A DNA stretch of 64,000 nt from an uncultured Chloroflexia bacterium (GTDB lineage: Bacteria > Chloroflexota > Limnocylindria > Limnocylindrales > CSP1-4). The stretch is taken from contig OY970218.1 in assembly GCA_963713975.1 (NCBI GenBank), positions 864,001-928,000 on the forward strand. The letters are read 5' to 3'. The notes under the pieces are model-generated. The model did not search any database. It saw only the letters and a list, made by a program, of their open reading frames with translations, and was not told where the DNA came from. Below, piece after piece: positions 29,401-40,642 of the stretch. Within the stretch, counting starts at the first letter, position 1; each line of letters begins with the position of its first letter. A program made the position numbers and the translations under genes.

Positions 29401-32400
29401 GGATTGACGGATGGTACCGGCGTGCCGGTCAGCTCCCCGAGTCGCACCAGAGCGGTCTCCACCAGGTCCATCTCCGTGCCGTAGGTCGCGAAGTCCCCCG
29501 CCCGGAGCGCGGCCTGCGCCAGCTCGAAGTGCGTGTTCGCGTAATCGACGAGGGCTCCGACGTCCGCCGGCAACGGGCCGACGGGTCCCGGTGTGGCGGT
29601 CGGGCCGGCGGTGGCTCCGGGCGACGGCGTCGCGGTCGGCTCGGGCGTCGACCCGGGCGGGGTGCCGCCGTCCTGCTTCACGAGGAGCTCGTTGAGGGCC
29701 TCACCCAGGGTGTCGGCCCACACGATCGTGGTGGGGCTGGCCACGACGATCTTCTGGAACTCCGGGAAGGCGGCCGAGGTCGATTGCAGGTAGACGGGCT
29801 GGAGATACAGCAGCGACTCGCCCACCGGGATCACGATCAGGTTGCCGCGGATCACCTGCGACCCACTCTGGTTCCAGAGCGAGACCTGCTGGCTGATCTG
29901 GGGATCCTGGTCGATCCGGGCCTCGATCTGGGCCGGGCCGAAGATGGTGGTGTCCGCCGGGAACCGGTACGAGACGACCTCGCCGTAATTGGGGGCGTCG
30001 CTCCGGGCGGCGACCCACGCGATCATGTTGGGCCGGTTCTGCGCGATCATCGGCTGGAGCAGCAGGAACTCCACACCGCGCTCCTCCGGCATGCGCATCA
30101 CCACGTAGTAGGCCTCGGTGGGAAGGCTCTGCTCGTTGGTCTGGGCATCCGGGATGGTCCAGCGGTCCGTGTTGTTGAAGAACGTGAGCGACTGCGTGAC
30201 GTGGTAGCGGCCGTACATCCGGGTCTGGACGTTGAACAGCTCCTCGGGCACGCGCAGGTGCGAGACGAGGCCGGCCGGCATCTCCGACAGCGGCCTGAAG
30301 ACGTCGGGGAACACGCCTTCCCAGGCCTGGATGATGGGGTCCGACGGATCCGCGATGTAGAACGTCATCGTGCCGTCGTAGGCGTCAATCGTGACCTTGA
30401 CGCTGTTCCGGATGTAGTTGAACCGGTCTCCGGCCAGGCCCGAATCGCCCCCTAGGTCGGCGCCCTGGAACCCGTTCGCGTTGGGGAAGGCGTTGCTGAG
30501 CGTATAGGCGTCCTGGACATACACGAGGCGTCCGTCGTCGTCGACGACAAGGTAGGGGTCCTTGTCGTACCGCAGGAACGGGGCGACGCGCTGTAGGCGG
30601 TCGTTGATGGTCCGGTGGAACAGGAGCTGGCTCTCGGCCGTGATCTGGTCCGAGATCAGGAGGTCCAGGTCACGGAACCGGAGCGCGAACAGCAGCCGTG
30701 AGAGGGTCGTGTCCAGCGGGATGCCGGTCGTGCCGGTCCACCGCGTGGTCTCGTCGACCGTTGTCCTGCCGGCCGTCCTCGGGTAGTCGAACTCGGCCTG
30801 GCGTGCCCGGACGACCACGTAGTGGTTGTCGCTCTCGCCAAAGTAGATCCGGGGCTCGGTGATCTCGGGCACCCCGGCCGCCGAGACCGGCGGCAGGTCG
30901 CGCACCCACAGGCGCGGCTGGCCCTCGGCCGTGACCTCGTTCACCGGGACCATGGCCATGCCGATGCCGTGCGTGTAGATGACGCGCTGGTTCACCCAGC
31001 CCGTCGCCTCGGGGTTCTTCTCGATCGCCAGCTCTCGCCCGGACAGCATCACCTGGCGCTGCAGGCCATCCACCGTATAGCGGTCGGTGTCCACGTCGTG
31101 GAACTGGTAGTACTGGCGGATCTGCTGCAGCTGGTCCAGCGTGACCTTGAGCGGACGGTAGTCCCACAGGCGCGCGTTGGCGAAGGTTCCAACCTCGGTC
31201 TTGAGCGCCGTCTCGGTGATCGGCGCCGTGCCCGAGTAGTCCCGGTTGCGCCAGTCGTCCAGCCCGAAGGCCTGCCGGGTCATCGCGATGTTGAACCCGA
31301 TGTAGGGCTCCTCCTGGGCGTACTGATTCGGATCCACCGTCAGCCGCTGGATCGCCTCGGGGTAGATCCGGCCCAGCACCAGGGACGCGGACAGCCAGAC
31401 GATGACGATCAGGCCCAGCGGCCAGATCCACCGGGTGAAGGCTCCGCCGACCAGCAGGGCGGCGGCAATGCCGGACAGGAGCGTCAGGACGTCGTAGGCC
31501 ATGAATCGTGCGTTCGCGTCCGTGTACGAGACACCGGTGGCCACGCCGGCCGTGCCGTACACCAGCTCGTACTTGTCCAGCTGGTAGCCGAACGCGATCG
31601 ACAGCAGGTAGATGCCGCCCAGGATGGCCAGGTGGACTCGGACGCGGGTCACGAAGACCTCGCCGCCCCTGGTCGCCTCGGCCAGGTAGCGGGCCCCTGC
31701 CACGGCCAGGGACGCCAGCAGCACGCTGTTGAGGAGTGCCTGGGCGAACCGCAGGAATGGCAGGTCGAACAGGAAGAAGCTGATGCCGCGGCCGAAGACA
31801 GGATCCGTGACCGCCGCGGCGTTGGCGTAGGGGACCTGGTTGACCCACAGCAGGAGCGTCTCCCACGCACCCGAGACGGTGCCGGCGAACGCCAGCGCGA
31901 TCAGCACCGAGACGGCCGCGATGACCCATTTCGCGATCGGGACGAGGTCCGGTACGTCGTCCGCGTCGAAGAACGCCGCGAATTCACCGGTCGCGGATCG
32001 CCCCGGGAACGGTCCACCAGCAGATCGTCCGGGGCCGCCCATGCGGGCCGCCTGCTCGGCCTGGCGCTGCGCCTCGCCGAGACGGCCGAGGATGCCGCGC
32101 AGCTGGCCCGGCTTCTCCGGATCGGCCGGCGGCGCCAGGCGCCCGGCGAGGTACAGGTTGAGCAGCAGGATCACGAGCACGGCGATGAACGCGGCCCCGA
32201 ACAGCCCGAGCTGGGCGCCGAGACGGGTCCAGAAGACGCTGTCGAAGCCGACGCTCTGGTACCAGATCGCGTCGGTCCAGAGGTCGATGCCGGTACCGGC
32301 CAGGAACACGATGAACGCGATGGCGACGACCACGAGCCCGAACCCGACGCGGCGCAGGATCATGCGGAGTGACGGGGGCTGCGCGCCATCGCTGGGCCCA

Positions 32401-32696
32401 CCCGCAGCGGTGCCAGCCTGCGGGCCCTTCGGCGGCGCACCGGCCTTCGACCGTGCGCCGCGGGCGCGTCGGCGGATCGGGGTCGGCTCCTCGGCGGCAG
32501 AGCTGCCGCCCGCGTCTGCTGCGTCATCCGCGTCGGGCGCGGCCCGGCCGCCACGCTCCTCGCCATCTCCTCGACCGGCGTCATCGGCCGACGGGTGCTT
32601 GTCCCCGTCGCCGGCACCCGGACCCGGATCGCGGCCCTCGGCCTCGGCGCGCCGGCGTTCCAACTCGCGCATGAACTCGTCGAACAGGTCACCCAT
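29397..32696 (-). CDS. UPF0182 family membrane protein
   Basis: WYQSVGFDSVF, DPVFGRGISFFLFDLP, RLWDYRPL, YTHGIG, NYIRNSVK and GNLIVIP motifs. ATG 32696 sits 7 nt after TAGACT. Confidence 0.93.
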   Translation of the reverse strand: MGDLFDEFMRELERRRAEAEGRDPGPGAGDGDKHPSADDAGRGDGEERGGRAAPDADDAADAGGSSAAEEPTPIRRRARGARSKAGAPPKGPQAGTAAGGPSDGAQPPSLRMILRRVGFGLVVVAIAFIVFLAGTGIDLWTDAIWYQSVGFDSVFWTRLGAQLGLFGAAFIAVLVILLLNLYLAGRLAPPADPEKPGQLRGILGRLGEAQRQAEQAARMGGPGRSAGGPFPGRSATGEFAAFFDADDVPDLVPIAKWVIAAVSVLIALAFAGTVSGAWETLLLWVNQVPYANAAAVTDPVFGRGISFFLFDLPFLRFAQALLNSVLLASLAVAGARYLAEATRGGEVFVTRVRVHLAILGGIYLLSIAFGYQLDKYELVYGTAGVATGVSYTDANARFMAYDVLTLLSGIAAALLVGGAFTRWIWPLGLIVIVWLSASLVLGRIYPEAIQRLTVDPNQYAQEEPYIGFNIAMTRQAFGLDDWRNRDYSGTAPITETALKTEVGTFANARLWDYRPLKVTLDQLQQIRQYYQFHDVDTDRYTVDGLQRQVMLSGRELAIEKNPEATGWVNQRVIYTHGIGMAMVPVNEVTAEGQPRLWVRDLPPVSAAGVPEITEPRIYFGESDNHYVVVRARQAEFDYPRTAGRTTVDETTRWTGTTGIPLDTTLSRLLFALRFRDLDLLISDQITAESQLLFHRTINDRLQRVAPFLRYDKDPYLVVDDDGRLVYVQDAYTLSNAFPNANGFQGADLGGDSGLAGDRFNYIRNSVKVTIDAYDGTMTFYIADPSDPIIQAWEGVFPDVFRPLSEMPAGLVSHLRVPEELFNVQTRMYGRYHVTQSLTFFNNTDRWTIPDAQTNEQSLPTEAYYVVMRMPEERGVEFLLLQPMIAQNRPNMIAWVAARSDAPNYGEVVSYRFPADTTIFGPAQIEARIDQDPQISQQVSLWNQSGSQVIRGNLIVIPVGESLLYLQPVYLQSTSAAFPEFQKIVVASPTTIVWADTLGEALNELLVKQDGGTPPGSTPEPTATPSPGATAGPTATPGPVGPLPADVGALVDYANTHFELAQAALRAGDFATYGTEMDLVETALVRLGELTGTPVPSVNP

Positions 32697-32744
32697 CGGC
32701 ATGAGTCTAGGCGAGACTGCACGAACTGGCGCAGGCCGTTCGGC

Positions 32745-33203
32745 TCAGGGCCGGTGCATTGACTCCACCGAGCGCCTGAATCCGGCAAGGACCTGCTCGG
32801 CGAGCTGGTTGGGGCGCAGCGTGGCAGCGAGGGCGGGTTCCCATCGGAACGCGGCCCTGATGGCCAGCGGACACCGCCACGGCTGCGTGTCGTCCTCCGG
32901 CGGAACGAGCGGTACGAGGCGGATCGCGAGGCGCCCGTCCTCTTCGCGAATCATCCCGGACAGTGAGCCGGCGAGTGAGGGGCCAAGGCGCATTAACGGG
33001 GGCTCGGGAGGCGGACCGGCGGCCGGGCCGATCTCGCGAAAGCTCACGATGCCCTCGTCGTCCGCCACCCACAGGACGGCGAGCCACCAGTCATCAGGAC
33101 CGTCGACCGGCTTCGCCATGCCGGCCTGGAGCCGACGATCGCCGATCCGGACCTCCTGCTCGCGCAGGAAGGACGGGCCGGGGTGGGGAAGTCGCTCGGA
33201 CAC
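32745..33203 (-). CDS. Hypothetical protein
   Basis: Globular-looking ORF; GTG 33203 sits 7 nt after TATCCT. Confidence 0.65.
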   Translation of the reverse strand: MSERLPHPGPSFLREQEVRIGDRRLQAGMAKPVDGPDDWWLAVLWVADDEGIVSFREIGPAAGPPPEPPLMRLGPSLAGSLSGMIREEDGRLAIRLVPLVPPEDDTQPWRCPLAIRAAFRWEPALAATLRPNQLAEQVLAGFRRSVESMHRP

Positions 33204-33287
33204 GCAGCCGAGGATACCGGCCCGGACGGCCGGAGCCATTGCCACCTGCGGGCGTCGTGCGCCGCGGCCTGGGTTCGCGCTACCCGG

Positions 33288-33863
33288 TCAGCCGGGGATG
33301 GGCGGCTCCGCCGCCGCGGGAGCTCCATCCGGGTCCACCTCCGGTGGCCATTCCGCCTCGGGTTCCCCGGTCTCGGGGGCCTCCGGCTCGCCGCCGGCGG
33401 GCGCAGCGCCGGCCGCCGGCTCCGCCTCGGCGTCGGTCACTGCCTCCGGGGCGGCCAGCTGCGACAGCGGGATCCCGTACTTGGCCAGCACGTCCGCCTT
33501 GAGGGCGACGGTCTCGGCCGTCAGGTCCGCACGCTCCGCCTCCAGCTGCAGGCGGAGCATCTCCCGCCGCACCTCGACGTCCGGCGGAGCGAGCGAATCC
33601 GGGCTGGCGGGACCGCCGCCGGTATCCGGCATGGTCTCGCCCGTGATGAACGAGAGGATCCCGCCGCGGGGACGGCCCGCATCGGAACGAGCCCGCAGGA
33701 TCGCCTCCGGGTCCAGCGTCGTGACGCCCTTGATCTCCGCGTCTGCGCCTGAGGTGCCAACCAGCGTGGCAAGACATGAGGGACACTGCTCGACTGGTGC
33801 GTCGGGCAGGACAGCCGAGCACCACGGGCAACGGGTGATCGGACCGTTCATCGAATTGGCCAT
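33288..33863 (-). CDS. Hypothetical protein with N-terminal zinc ribbon, short coiled coil and acidic tail
   Basis: CPWC..CPSC; ATG 33863 follows TGCAAAAT. Confidence 0.7.
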   Translation of the reverse strand: MANSMNGPITRCPWCSAVLPDAPVEQCPSCLATLVGTSGADAEIKGVTTLDPEAILRARSDAGRPRGGILSFITGETMPDTGGGPASPDSLAPPDVEVRREMLRLQLEAERADLTAETVALKADVLAKYGIPLSQLAAPEAVTDAEAEPAAGAAPAGGEPEAPETGEPEAEWPPEVDPDGAPAAAEPPIPG

Positions 33864-33921
33864 GTGCGCATTTTGCACCCTCGCGGCTGCGTGCCAACCA
33901 CCTATTCGGCCTATGCCGCCG

Positions 33922-35712
33922 CTACTCCCACTCGATGGTGGCCGGCGGCTTGCTGCTGATGTCGTAGACGACCCGGTTGACGCCCGGAACCTCGTTGACG
34001 ATCCGGGACGAGATCTTGCCCAGCACGTCGTAAGGCAGCTTTGCCCAGTCAGCGGTCATCCCGTCCTCGGAGGTCACCGCGCGTATCGCCACGACATTCG
34101 CATAGGTGCGCCCGTCACCCATGACGCCCACGGACCGGACCGGTGTGAGGATCGCGAACGACTGCCACACGTTGCGGTACAGGCCGGCGGCCTTGATCTC
34201 GTCGATCACGATCCAGTCCGCGTCCCGGAGCGTGTCCAGGCGCTCGGCCGTGACCTCACCGATGATCCGGATCGCGAGGCCCGGGCCGGGGAAGGGCTGA
34301 CGCTGGACCATCGCGTCGGGCAGGCCCATCGCCGTGCCCACGTTGCGCACCTCGTCCTTGAACAGGTAGCGCAGCGGCTCGATCAGCTGGAACCGGAGGT
34401 CGGCCGGCAGCCCGCCGACGTTGTGGTGGGTCTTGATCTTCTGGGCGGTCTTCGTCTCGGGTGTCGTGGACTCGATGACGTCCGGGTAGAGCGTCCCCTG
34501 GGTGAGGAAGTCGATCTGGCCGATCCTCGCCGCCTCCTCCTCGAACACGCGGATGAACTCGTCGCCGATGATCCGGCGCTTCTGCTCGGGGTCGGTGATG
34601 CCGGCGAGGCGTGCCAGGAATTGCTGCCGCGCGTCCACCATGACCAGCCTCATGCCCAGGTTGGCCTCGAACGTGACACGCAGGAGCTCCGACTCCTTCT
34701 TGCGCATGAGTCCGTGGTCCACGTAGATGCAGGTCAGGCGGTCGCCGACGGCCCGGTGCACGAGCGCCGCCGCGACCGCGGAGTCCACGCCGCCCGAGAG
34801 CGCACAGATCACCTGTCCGGTGGATCCCGTCTCGCGGGCGTGCCTGTCGACGCGGGTCCTGATCTCCTCGACGGTGGTCTCGATGAAGTTGGCCGGGGTC
34901 CACGAGGGCGAGATCCCGGCGATACCGGTCACGAAGTTGCGCAGGACGTCCCTGCCCCGTGGTGTGTGCGCGACCTCCGGGTGGAACTGGATCCCGTACA
35001 GGTGGCGCGTCGGGTCCGCGAGCCCGGCGTAGGGCGTTGAATCCGTCTGCGCGGTGGCGTGGAAGCCATCCGGGATGCGGGTGATGGAGTCGCCGTGGCT
35101 CATCCAGACCGGCTGCTCGCGGTCGATCCCCGCAAAGAGGCCGTCATCCCGCGTCACCTGGACGGTCGCCGGCCCGTACTCGCGCCTGTCGGCCGGCATC
35201 ACGTCACCGCCCAGCTCGATCGCCATCAGCTGGGCGCCGTAGCAGATGCCCAGGACAGGCAGCCGGCCGGACCAGATCGAGGCGTCAGCCCTCGGAGCGG
35301 CTCCGTCGTAGACCGAGTTGGGACCGCCGGAGAGGATGATCGCCCGCACGCCGCGCCGCTCGAGCTCGGCCAGGGGCGTGTCGTGGGGCAGGAGCTCCGA
35401 GTAGACGTTGAGCTCCCGGACGCGGCGGGCGATCAGCTGGGCGAACTGGGAGCCGAAGTCCAGGATGGCGACCACGCCGGGCTCGGGCTGCACGGCCGCG
35501 ATCGGGGGATCGGTAGGGGCGCGGTCCGGGGCCGGGGCATCGAGCGCGACCTCGAGATATGCCTCGACCTCCGCGTCGTCCGGGGCGAGAACCCGGTGAC
35601 CGGCGTTGGCGGCCTCGCCGTGCACGGTCTTGCCGCGGTCCTTCACGGGCTCGTTCGCGGCCGTCGCGTCGACCCCCGATTCGGTCGCCCCCTGGTCCTC
35701 CGGCTCGGCCAA
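33922..35712 (-). CDS. guaA: GMP synthase (glutamine-hydrolyzing)
   Basis: [42 protein letters not shown] and [10 protein letters not shown] motifs. Confidence 0.98.
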   Translation of the reverse strand: MAEPEDQGATESGVDATAANEPVKDRGKTVHGEAANAGHRVLAPDDAEVEAYLEVALDAPAPDRAPTDPPIAAVQPEPGVVAILDFGSQFAQLIARRVRELNVYSELLPHDTPLAELERRGVRAIILSGGPNSVYDGAAPRADASIWSGRLPVLGICYGAQLMAIELGGDVMPADRREYGPATVQVTRDDGLFAGIDREQPVWMSHGDSITRIPDGFHATAQTDSTPYAGLADPTRHLYGIQFHPEVAHTPRGRDVLRNFVTGIAGISPSWTPANFIETTVEEIRTRVDRHARETGSTGQVICALSGGVDSAVAAALVHRAVGDRLTCIYVDHGLMRKKESELLRVTFEANLGMRLVMVDARQQFLARLAGITDPEQKRRIIGDEFIRVFEEEAARIGQIDFLTQGTLYPDVIESTTPETKTAQKIKTHHNVGGLPADLRFQLIEPLRYLFKDEVRNVGTAMGLPDAMVQRQPFPGPGLAIRIIGEVTAERLDTLRDADWIVIDEIKAAGLYRNVWQSFAILTPVRSVGVMGDGRTYANVVAIRAVTSEDGMTADWAKLPYDVLGKISSRIVNEVPGVNRVVYDISSKPPATIEWE

Positions 35713-35762
35713 CGGCCCCTCCCGCCTGTCGTTCGATGGTCCTGGCAGAGTCTACCCGGCAC

Positions 35763-37817
35763 CTATGGCTTGACGGGCGCCCCCCGGAACGTGCCCGTGA
35801 CCTTCGCGTCCGCTGCCCCGTCACCCTCGTAGCGAAGGTCGCCGTCGGGGATCGTCACCTTGAGGGTCACGACGCCGCTCTCGTCGTCGATGGCGCCGGT
35901 ACCCGTCACGGGCACGCCATCGGTCAGCTCGCACGCGTCGAGCCGAAGGCCCGTACCGGCATCGCCGGGGGTGTAGGAGAGCACGCCGCCGTAGTCGCAG
36001 CCCATCGCGATCGGCTTCTCGTCGAGCTCGTAGACGTAGTCGTCGGTGTTGAGGACCTGGGTCACGAGCGATGTCATGAAGTCGACGCCGCCGGTGTAGG
36101 CCGCCTCCGTGTCCTTCGCGAGCGCCACGTAGTCGTCGGCGACATAGCCTTCGCAGGCGAGGACCGGGGGCAGCGCCTTGCCCTTGACCATCCAGTCCGC
36201 AACCGGCTTGTCCGGGCAGTCCAGGCCCCAGCCGAAGATGACGTGGGGGCCACCGGCCTGGATGATCACGTGGGCGTCGCGGAGCCGGTTCGCGATGCGG
36301 ATGGCGTTCGCCACGGGCGTGATCGGATCGGTCGTCGCGACCATGACGACGGTGGGGTAGGGGGCGTCGACGATCGGCGCGGGCCGCTCCCCGGACGCGG
36401 GATGGTTCGGCCAGTACAGGCACGGCATGTCGTCGTAGTAGATGCCGCCGAAGCGGGCGTCGGCCACGCCGAGCGTTCGCGCGTCGTCGAGGAACCCGGC
36501 GAGCCGCTCCTCGTCGGTGGCGGCGTCCGCCTGGTAGACGTAGTCCTGGCACTCGACGGCGTAGTACATGGCGTCCGAGTAGGTGGGGTCGGGTACGGCC
36601 TTGAGCGTGTCGGGGTCCACGGCGATCGCGGCGTACGAGATCCGGGCCAGCGGGACGAGGTTGCCGTCCGAGGCCGCGGCGAGCGCGCGCAGCAACAGGA
36701 ACCGGTCGGTGGGCGCGTAGAGATAGCCGACAACCGCGTTCACGAGCGCGGCGGCCGTGAAGGTCCGCGGCTGGATCGTGCCATTCCCCATCGGGAAGTC
36801 GAAGGTGATCCCACCGGCCCCGGCGCGTGTCTCGAGGTCCCGGTACACGGCCTCGGGGTCGCGCCCCCCGAAGTCGCCGAGGCACACGGGGTCGGCCGCA
36901 CAGGCGTTGAGCGTTGCGAACAGCGTGTCCTCGAAGGTGCGGGCCGCCTCGGCGTAGTACTCCGCCCCGTCGAGCGTCAGGTCCACGGGGCCGTCCAGGT
37001 AGAGCGTGGCGATCCGATCGGGGTGGGCGGTCGCGTACGTCTGCACGTACTGCGTGCCGTAGCTCTCGCCGTAGAGGTGCATCGTCTCGACGCCCAGGTA
37101 CTCGCGGATCGCCTCGAGGTCCTCAACCGCCTGGCGGGTCGCGTAGTAGGGCAGGTCCGCCGGATCGGCCCCCGACTCGCCGAGGCAGGCCTCGACATAG
37201 GTCCGCGCGGCGTCGCCGGCAGCCCGGGCCTGGGCGAGGTCCGCCGGATCGACGGTGCTCGCGTAGAAGGTTGCCGTGGCGTTCGGACACGCGATCGGAT
37301 GCGACATCCCGATGCCGCGCTGGTCCAGGAACACGATGTCGAAGTGCTCCGGGATGGAGGCCGGGTAGTAGCCCGTGTAGTTGTCGGCCGAGGCGATGCC
37401 GCTCGAGCCGGGGCCTCCGGTGATGACCACGTAGGTGCCGAGCCGCTTCCCGGTGGCCCGCCGGACCCCGAACTCGACGTCCCACCTCGGCCCGTCGGCG
37501 GTGAAGTGATCGCGTGGCACGGCCAGCGTGATGCACTCGAACTCGCTCTCGTCGGGGCATGGGCGCCGGCCCACGTAGGACCAGCCACCGGGGACGGCGG
37601 CAGCGGCCGGAGTCGCCGTTGGGGACGCGGTGGCGGAAGGCGCGGGCTCCGAGGGCTGGGGCGCGGACGGGGCGGCAACCGCGCTCGACGGGGATGGCGT
37701 GGTGGCGGCGACGGTCGGCGTCGCGGGCTCAGGCGCAGGCGCGCACCCGGCCACGACAAACGCCATGGCCAGGAGGCCGGCCGTGCCGGCACGAGCGATC
37801 CGTCCACCGGTCAGCAT
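35763..37817 (-). CDS. Alpha/beta-hydrolase lipoprotein (TAP-like peptidase family)
   Basis: Lipobox VAGC, GGPGSSG, DQRGIG, nucleophile GESYG, and DPITP..H. Confidence 0.85.
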   Translation of the reverse strand: MLTGGRIARAGTAGLLAMAFVVAGCAPAPEPATPTVAATTPSPSSAVAAPSAPQPSEPAPSATASPTATPAAAAVPGGWSYVGRRPCPDESEFECITLAVPRDHFTADGPRWDVEFGVRRATGKRLGTYVVITGGPGSSGIASADNYTGYYPASIPEHFDIVFLDQRGIGMSHPIACPNATATFYASTVDPADLAQARAAGDAARTYVEACLGESGADPADLPYYATRQAVEDLEAIREYLGVETMHLYGESYGTQYVQTYATAHPDRIATLYLDGPVDLTLDGAEYYAEAARTFEDTLFATLNACAADPVCLGDFGGRDPEAVYRDLETRAGAGGITFDFPMGNGTIQPRTFTAAALVNAVVGYLYAPTDRFLLLRALAAASDGNLVPLARISYAAIAVDPDTLKAVPDPTYSDAMYYAVECQDYVYQADAATDEERLAGFLDDARTLGVADARFGGIYYDDMPCLYWPNHPASGERPAPIVDAPYPTVVMVATTDPITPVANAIRIANRLRDAHVIIQAGGPHVIFGWGLDCPDKPVADWMVKGKALPPVLACEGYVADDYVALAKDTEAAYTGGVDFMTSLVTQVLNTDDYVYELDEKPIAMGCDYGGVLSYTPGDAGTGLRLDACELTDGVPVTGTGAIDDESGVVTLKVTIPDGDLRYEGDGAADAKVTGTFRGAPVKP

Positions 37818-37951
37818 CGGTTGATCCTACGCCGTTGGTGAACGGGTGATCACGACGGTCGCGGACGGTGCGAGTGCCGGGCCCGGCGACCAGGGTCGCG
37901 CGCCGTCCGAGTGGGACGCGCGGCGCTGGCCCGACGTCCCGTGGCTTCCGG

Positions 37952-39118
37952 CTACCGGCCGCGAAGCTGCCAGGACTTCCCCTCGGTCACCACGGACGGC
38001 GCGTACACGATCTCCACGTCGTGCATGTCCGCGATCGTCCGCGCACCCAGGGCCGCCATCGACTGGCGCAGCGCGCCGACCAGATTCTGCGTGCCATCCG
38101 TGACGTGCGATGGACCGTTGAGGACCTGGTCCAGCGGCCCCGAGGTGCCGACCCTGATCCGCGTGCCCCGCGGCAGCACCGGCGAGGGAGCCGCCATGCC
38201 CCAGTTGGTGCCGCGGCCGGGTGCCTCGGCAGCGCGCGCCAGTGGCGTGCCCAGCATCACGACGTCCGCGCCGGCGGCGATCGCCTTGGCGAGGTCGCCG
38301 CCACGCTTCATGCCGCCGTCTGCGACGACGGGCACGTAGCGACCGGTCTCGGCGAGGTAGAGGTTCCTGGCCGCAGTCACGTCCGCGATCGCCGTCACCT
38401 GGGGGATGCCGATCCCCAGGACCTCGCGCGTGGTGCACGCGGCACCCGGACCGACGCCCACGAAGATCGCCGCCGCACCCTGCTCCATCAGCTGGTAGGC
38501 CGCTTCGGCGTTGGTGGTGTTGCCCACCGCGACCGGGATGGGCATGAGCCTCGTGAACTCCGCGAGGGAGAGGGGCTCGTAGCCCGTGGCCAGGTGGCGG
38601 GCGGAGGACACCTGGCTCTGGACCAGGAACAGGTCGGCGCCGTGCTCCGCGCTGAACTGGCCGTACCGGCGGGCAATGCCGGGCGTCGCGGAGAGCGCGG
38701 CAGGCGACCCCGCCGCGTGCAGCTCACCGATCCGACGGGCGATCAGCTCCTCGCGGATGGGTGCAGCGTAGACATCCGCCAGCACGTCCTGGACGCGGTC
38801 GTCGGGGGCGGTGATGATGCGTTCGAGGATGTCGGCCGGGTCGTCATAGCGGAACTGCACGCCCTCGAGGTTCAGGATCGAGAGTCCACCGAGGCGCGCC
38901 AGCTCGCCCGAGAGGCGCACGTCGGCCACCGCGTCCATCGCGGCCGCGAGCACCGGCGTCTCCAGGCGGATGCCGCAGAAGTCCTGGGCCAGGACGACGT
39001 CGGCCGGGTCGACCGTGTCGGTGCCGGGAGCCAGGGACACGTCCTCGAACCCGTAGGTCGGTCGGATGCTGTCCACCTTGGAGCGGAAGACCCGCCGGTT
39101 CGCCAGGGTCTCGGTCAT
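37952..39118 (-). CDS. guaB3: GuaB3-family IMP dehydrogenase-related protein (no CBS domains)
   Basis: [31 protein letters not shown] and WGMAAP...LPRGTR motifs. Confidence 0.9.
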   Translation of the reverse strand: MTETLANRRVFRSKVDSIRPTYGFEDVSLAPGTDTVDPADVVLAQDFCGIRLETPVLAAAMDAVADVRLSGELARLGGLSILNLEGVQFRYDDPADILERIITAPDDRVQDVLADVYAAPIREELIARRIGELHAAGSPAALSATPGIARRYGQFSAEHGADLFLVQSQVSSARHLATGYEPLSLAEFTRLMPIPVAVGNTTNAEAAYQLMEQGAAAIFVGVGPGAACTTREVLGIGIPQVTAIADVTAARNLYLAETGRYVPVVADGGMKRGGDLAKAIAAGADVVMLGTPLARAAEAPGRGTNWGMAAPSPVLPRGTRIRVGTSGPLDQVLNGPSHVTDGTQNLVGALRQSMAALGARTIADMHDVEIVYAPSVVTEGKSWQLRGR

Positions 39119-39250
39119 GGCCTCGTCCTCACCCGCAATCGTCCACTCCTCCAAAGCGTCGGCACAGTCTACCCGGCAGCCGGGCCGCGCCATACTGGCG
39201 GGGTTCGATCAACTTCGGTCGAGCTGCAGCATGGGTGAGGTGGTCGCACG

Positions 39251-40078
39251 ATGGCCAAGGAGAGTCCCCGGGCGAGGTCGGTCGGCAGCACGCCCGCCCG
39301 TGCAAAGCTCACCAACAAGGTCTACCAGAAGGAGCTATCCGGGCTCCAGGTGGAGCTTTCCAGGCTCCAGGAGTGGGTCAAGGCACGTGGCCTCAAGGTG
39401 GTGGTGGTCTTCGAGGGCCGCGACGCCGCGGGAAAGGGTGGCGCCATCAAGACGATCACCCTGGGCCTCAACCCGCGCATCGCGCGCATCGTCGCCCTGC
39501 CGGCTCCGACCGAGCGCGAGCGGGGCCAGTGGTACTTCCAGCGCTACACGGCCCACCTCCCTGCCGCCGGCGAGATGGTCCTGCTGGACCGCAGCTGGTA
39601 CAACCGCGCCGGCGTGGAGCGCGTGATGGGGTTCGCCACGGCGGAGGAGGTCGAGGAGTTCTACCGCTCCTGTCCCGAGTTCGAGCGGATGCTGGTCCGG
39701 TCCGGGGTCATCCTGATCAAGTACTGGTTCAGCGTGAGCGACGCGGAGCAGGAACGGCGGTTCCAGGCACGGATCGAGAACCCGACCAAGCGCTGGAAGC
39801 TCTCGCCGATGGACCTCATGTCCCGGACACGCTGGGTCGAGTACTCGATCGCCAAGGACGAGATGTTCCGCTACACGGACATCAAGCAGGCACCCTGGTA
39901 CGTGGTGAATGGCGACGATAAGCGACGGGCCCGCTTGAACGTGATCCACCACCTTCTGTCGCTGGTCCCCTACGAGGACCTCACGCCGGAGCCCATCGTG
40001 CTGCCCCCGCGCGAACCCGATCGTGGCTATGTCCGCCCGCCGATGGACGAGCAGACGTTCGTGCCCGAGGTCTACTGA
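39251..40078 (+). CDS. ppk2: Polyphosphate kinase 2
   Basis: FEGRDAAGKGG, DRSWYNRAGVERVMG and KRWKLSPMD motifs. Confidence 0.96.
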   Translation: MAKESPRARSVGSTPARAKLTNKVYQKELSGLQVELSRLQEWVKARGLKVVVVFEGRDAAGKGGAIKTITLGLNPRIARIVALPAPTERERGQWYFQRYTAHLPAAGEMVLLDRSWYNRAGVERVMGFATAEEVEEFYRSCPEFERMLVRSGVILIKYWFSVSDAEQERRFQARIENPTKRWKLSPMDLMSRTRWVEYSIAKDEMFRYTDIKQAPWYVVNGDDKRRARLNVIHHLLSLVPYEDLTPEPIVLPPREPDRGYVRPPMDEQTFVPEVY

Positions 40079-40105
40079 CCCTGCGCCGTGGCCGCGTGGC
40101 TGAGA

Positions 40106-40642
40106 TCAGCCCGATGTCGGCCGGCGGGCGATACGACGGCCATCGGCGTCGAGGGCGAACCAGCGGGCCAGCTCCGGGACAAGCAGCTGCTCGCGGACGC
40201 GCCGGACGGATTCCGTGTAGGACGGCCAGACGGCGAGCGTGGGCGCCTCTGCCGCGGGAACCCAGCGCAGGCTGTCGTGCTCCCAGCTCTTGTGGGGCTC
40301 GGCATCGGGGCGCACCCGGGCAGCGAAGATCGCGCTCACAACCACCGCATCGGCGCCTTCGTCGTAGAACGGCGCGACCTGGTCCAGGTCGAAGAAGGTC
40401 TCGATCTCGTCTGGGCCCAGGCCGGTCTCCTCCCGAACCTCGCGCATGGCCGCGGACGGGATCCGCTCACCCGGCTCCACGCCGCCGGTCACGCACTGCC
40501 ACAGCCCCGGGAAGATCCGGTGCGGGGCCCGGCGGATGAGCAGGATCTCGAGACGCTCGGCATCCGGGCGGACGTCGGACGGACCGGCGGGTGGCACGAC
40601 GCGGAAGACCCAGCACTCGACGAGATCGGGGCGCAGGCTCAC
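40106..40642 (-). CDS. NUDIX hydrolase (NudB-like)
   Basis: WQCVTGGVEPGE...AAMREVREETGL Nudix box; SWEH. Confidence 0.9.
   Translation of the reverse strand: MSLRPDLVECWVFRVVPPAGPSDVRPDAERLEILLIRRAPHRIFPGLWQCVTGGVEPGERIPSAAMREVREETGLGPDEIETFFDLDQVAPFYDEGADAVVVSAIFAARVRPDAEPHKSWEHDSLRWVPAAEAPTLAVWPSYTESVRRVREQLLVPELARWFALDADGRRIARRPTSG

Noticed and set aside
31840-35040. 1066-aa plus-strand ORF, and similar long antisense or alternate-frame ORFs (24388-26637, 35559-37841, 19492-21453, 21453-23339)
   Set aside because: These are shadow ORFs of well-supported opposite-strand genes in high-GC DNA. They are Arg/Ala/Ser/Pro-rich with no recognisable motifs.
37818-37860. Possible fourth CGTAACG-type site upstream of the alpha/beta-hydrolase lipoprotein
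   Set aside because: The heptamers at the expected spacing do not match the motif, and the -10 (TAGGAT) is consensus.
37952-39118. GuaB3 near guaA without a canonical guaB
   Set aside because: GuaB3-type IMPDH homologues near guaA are a known arrangement, the catalytic Cys motif is intact, and guaB may lie elsewhere.
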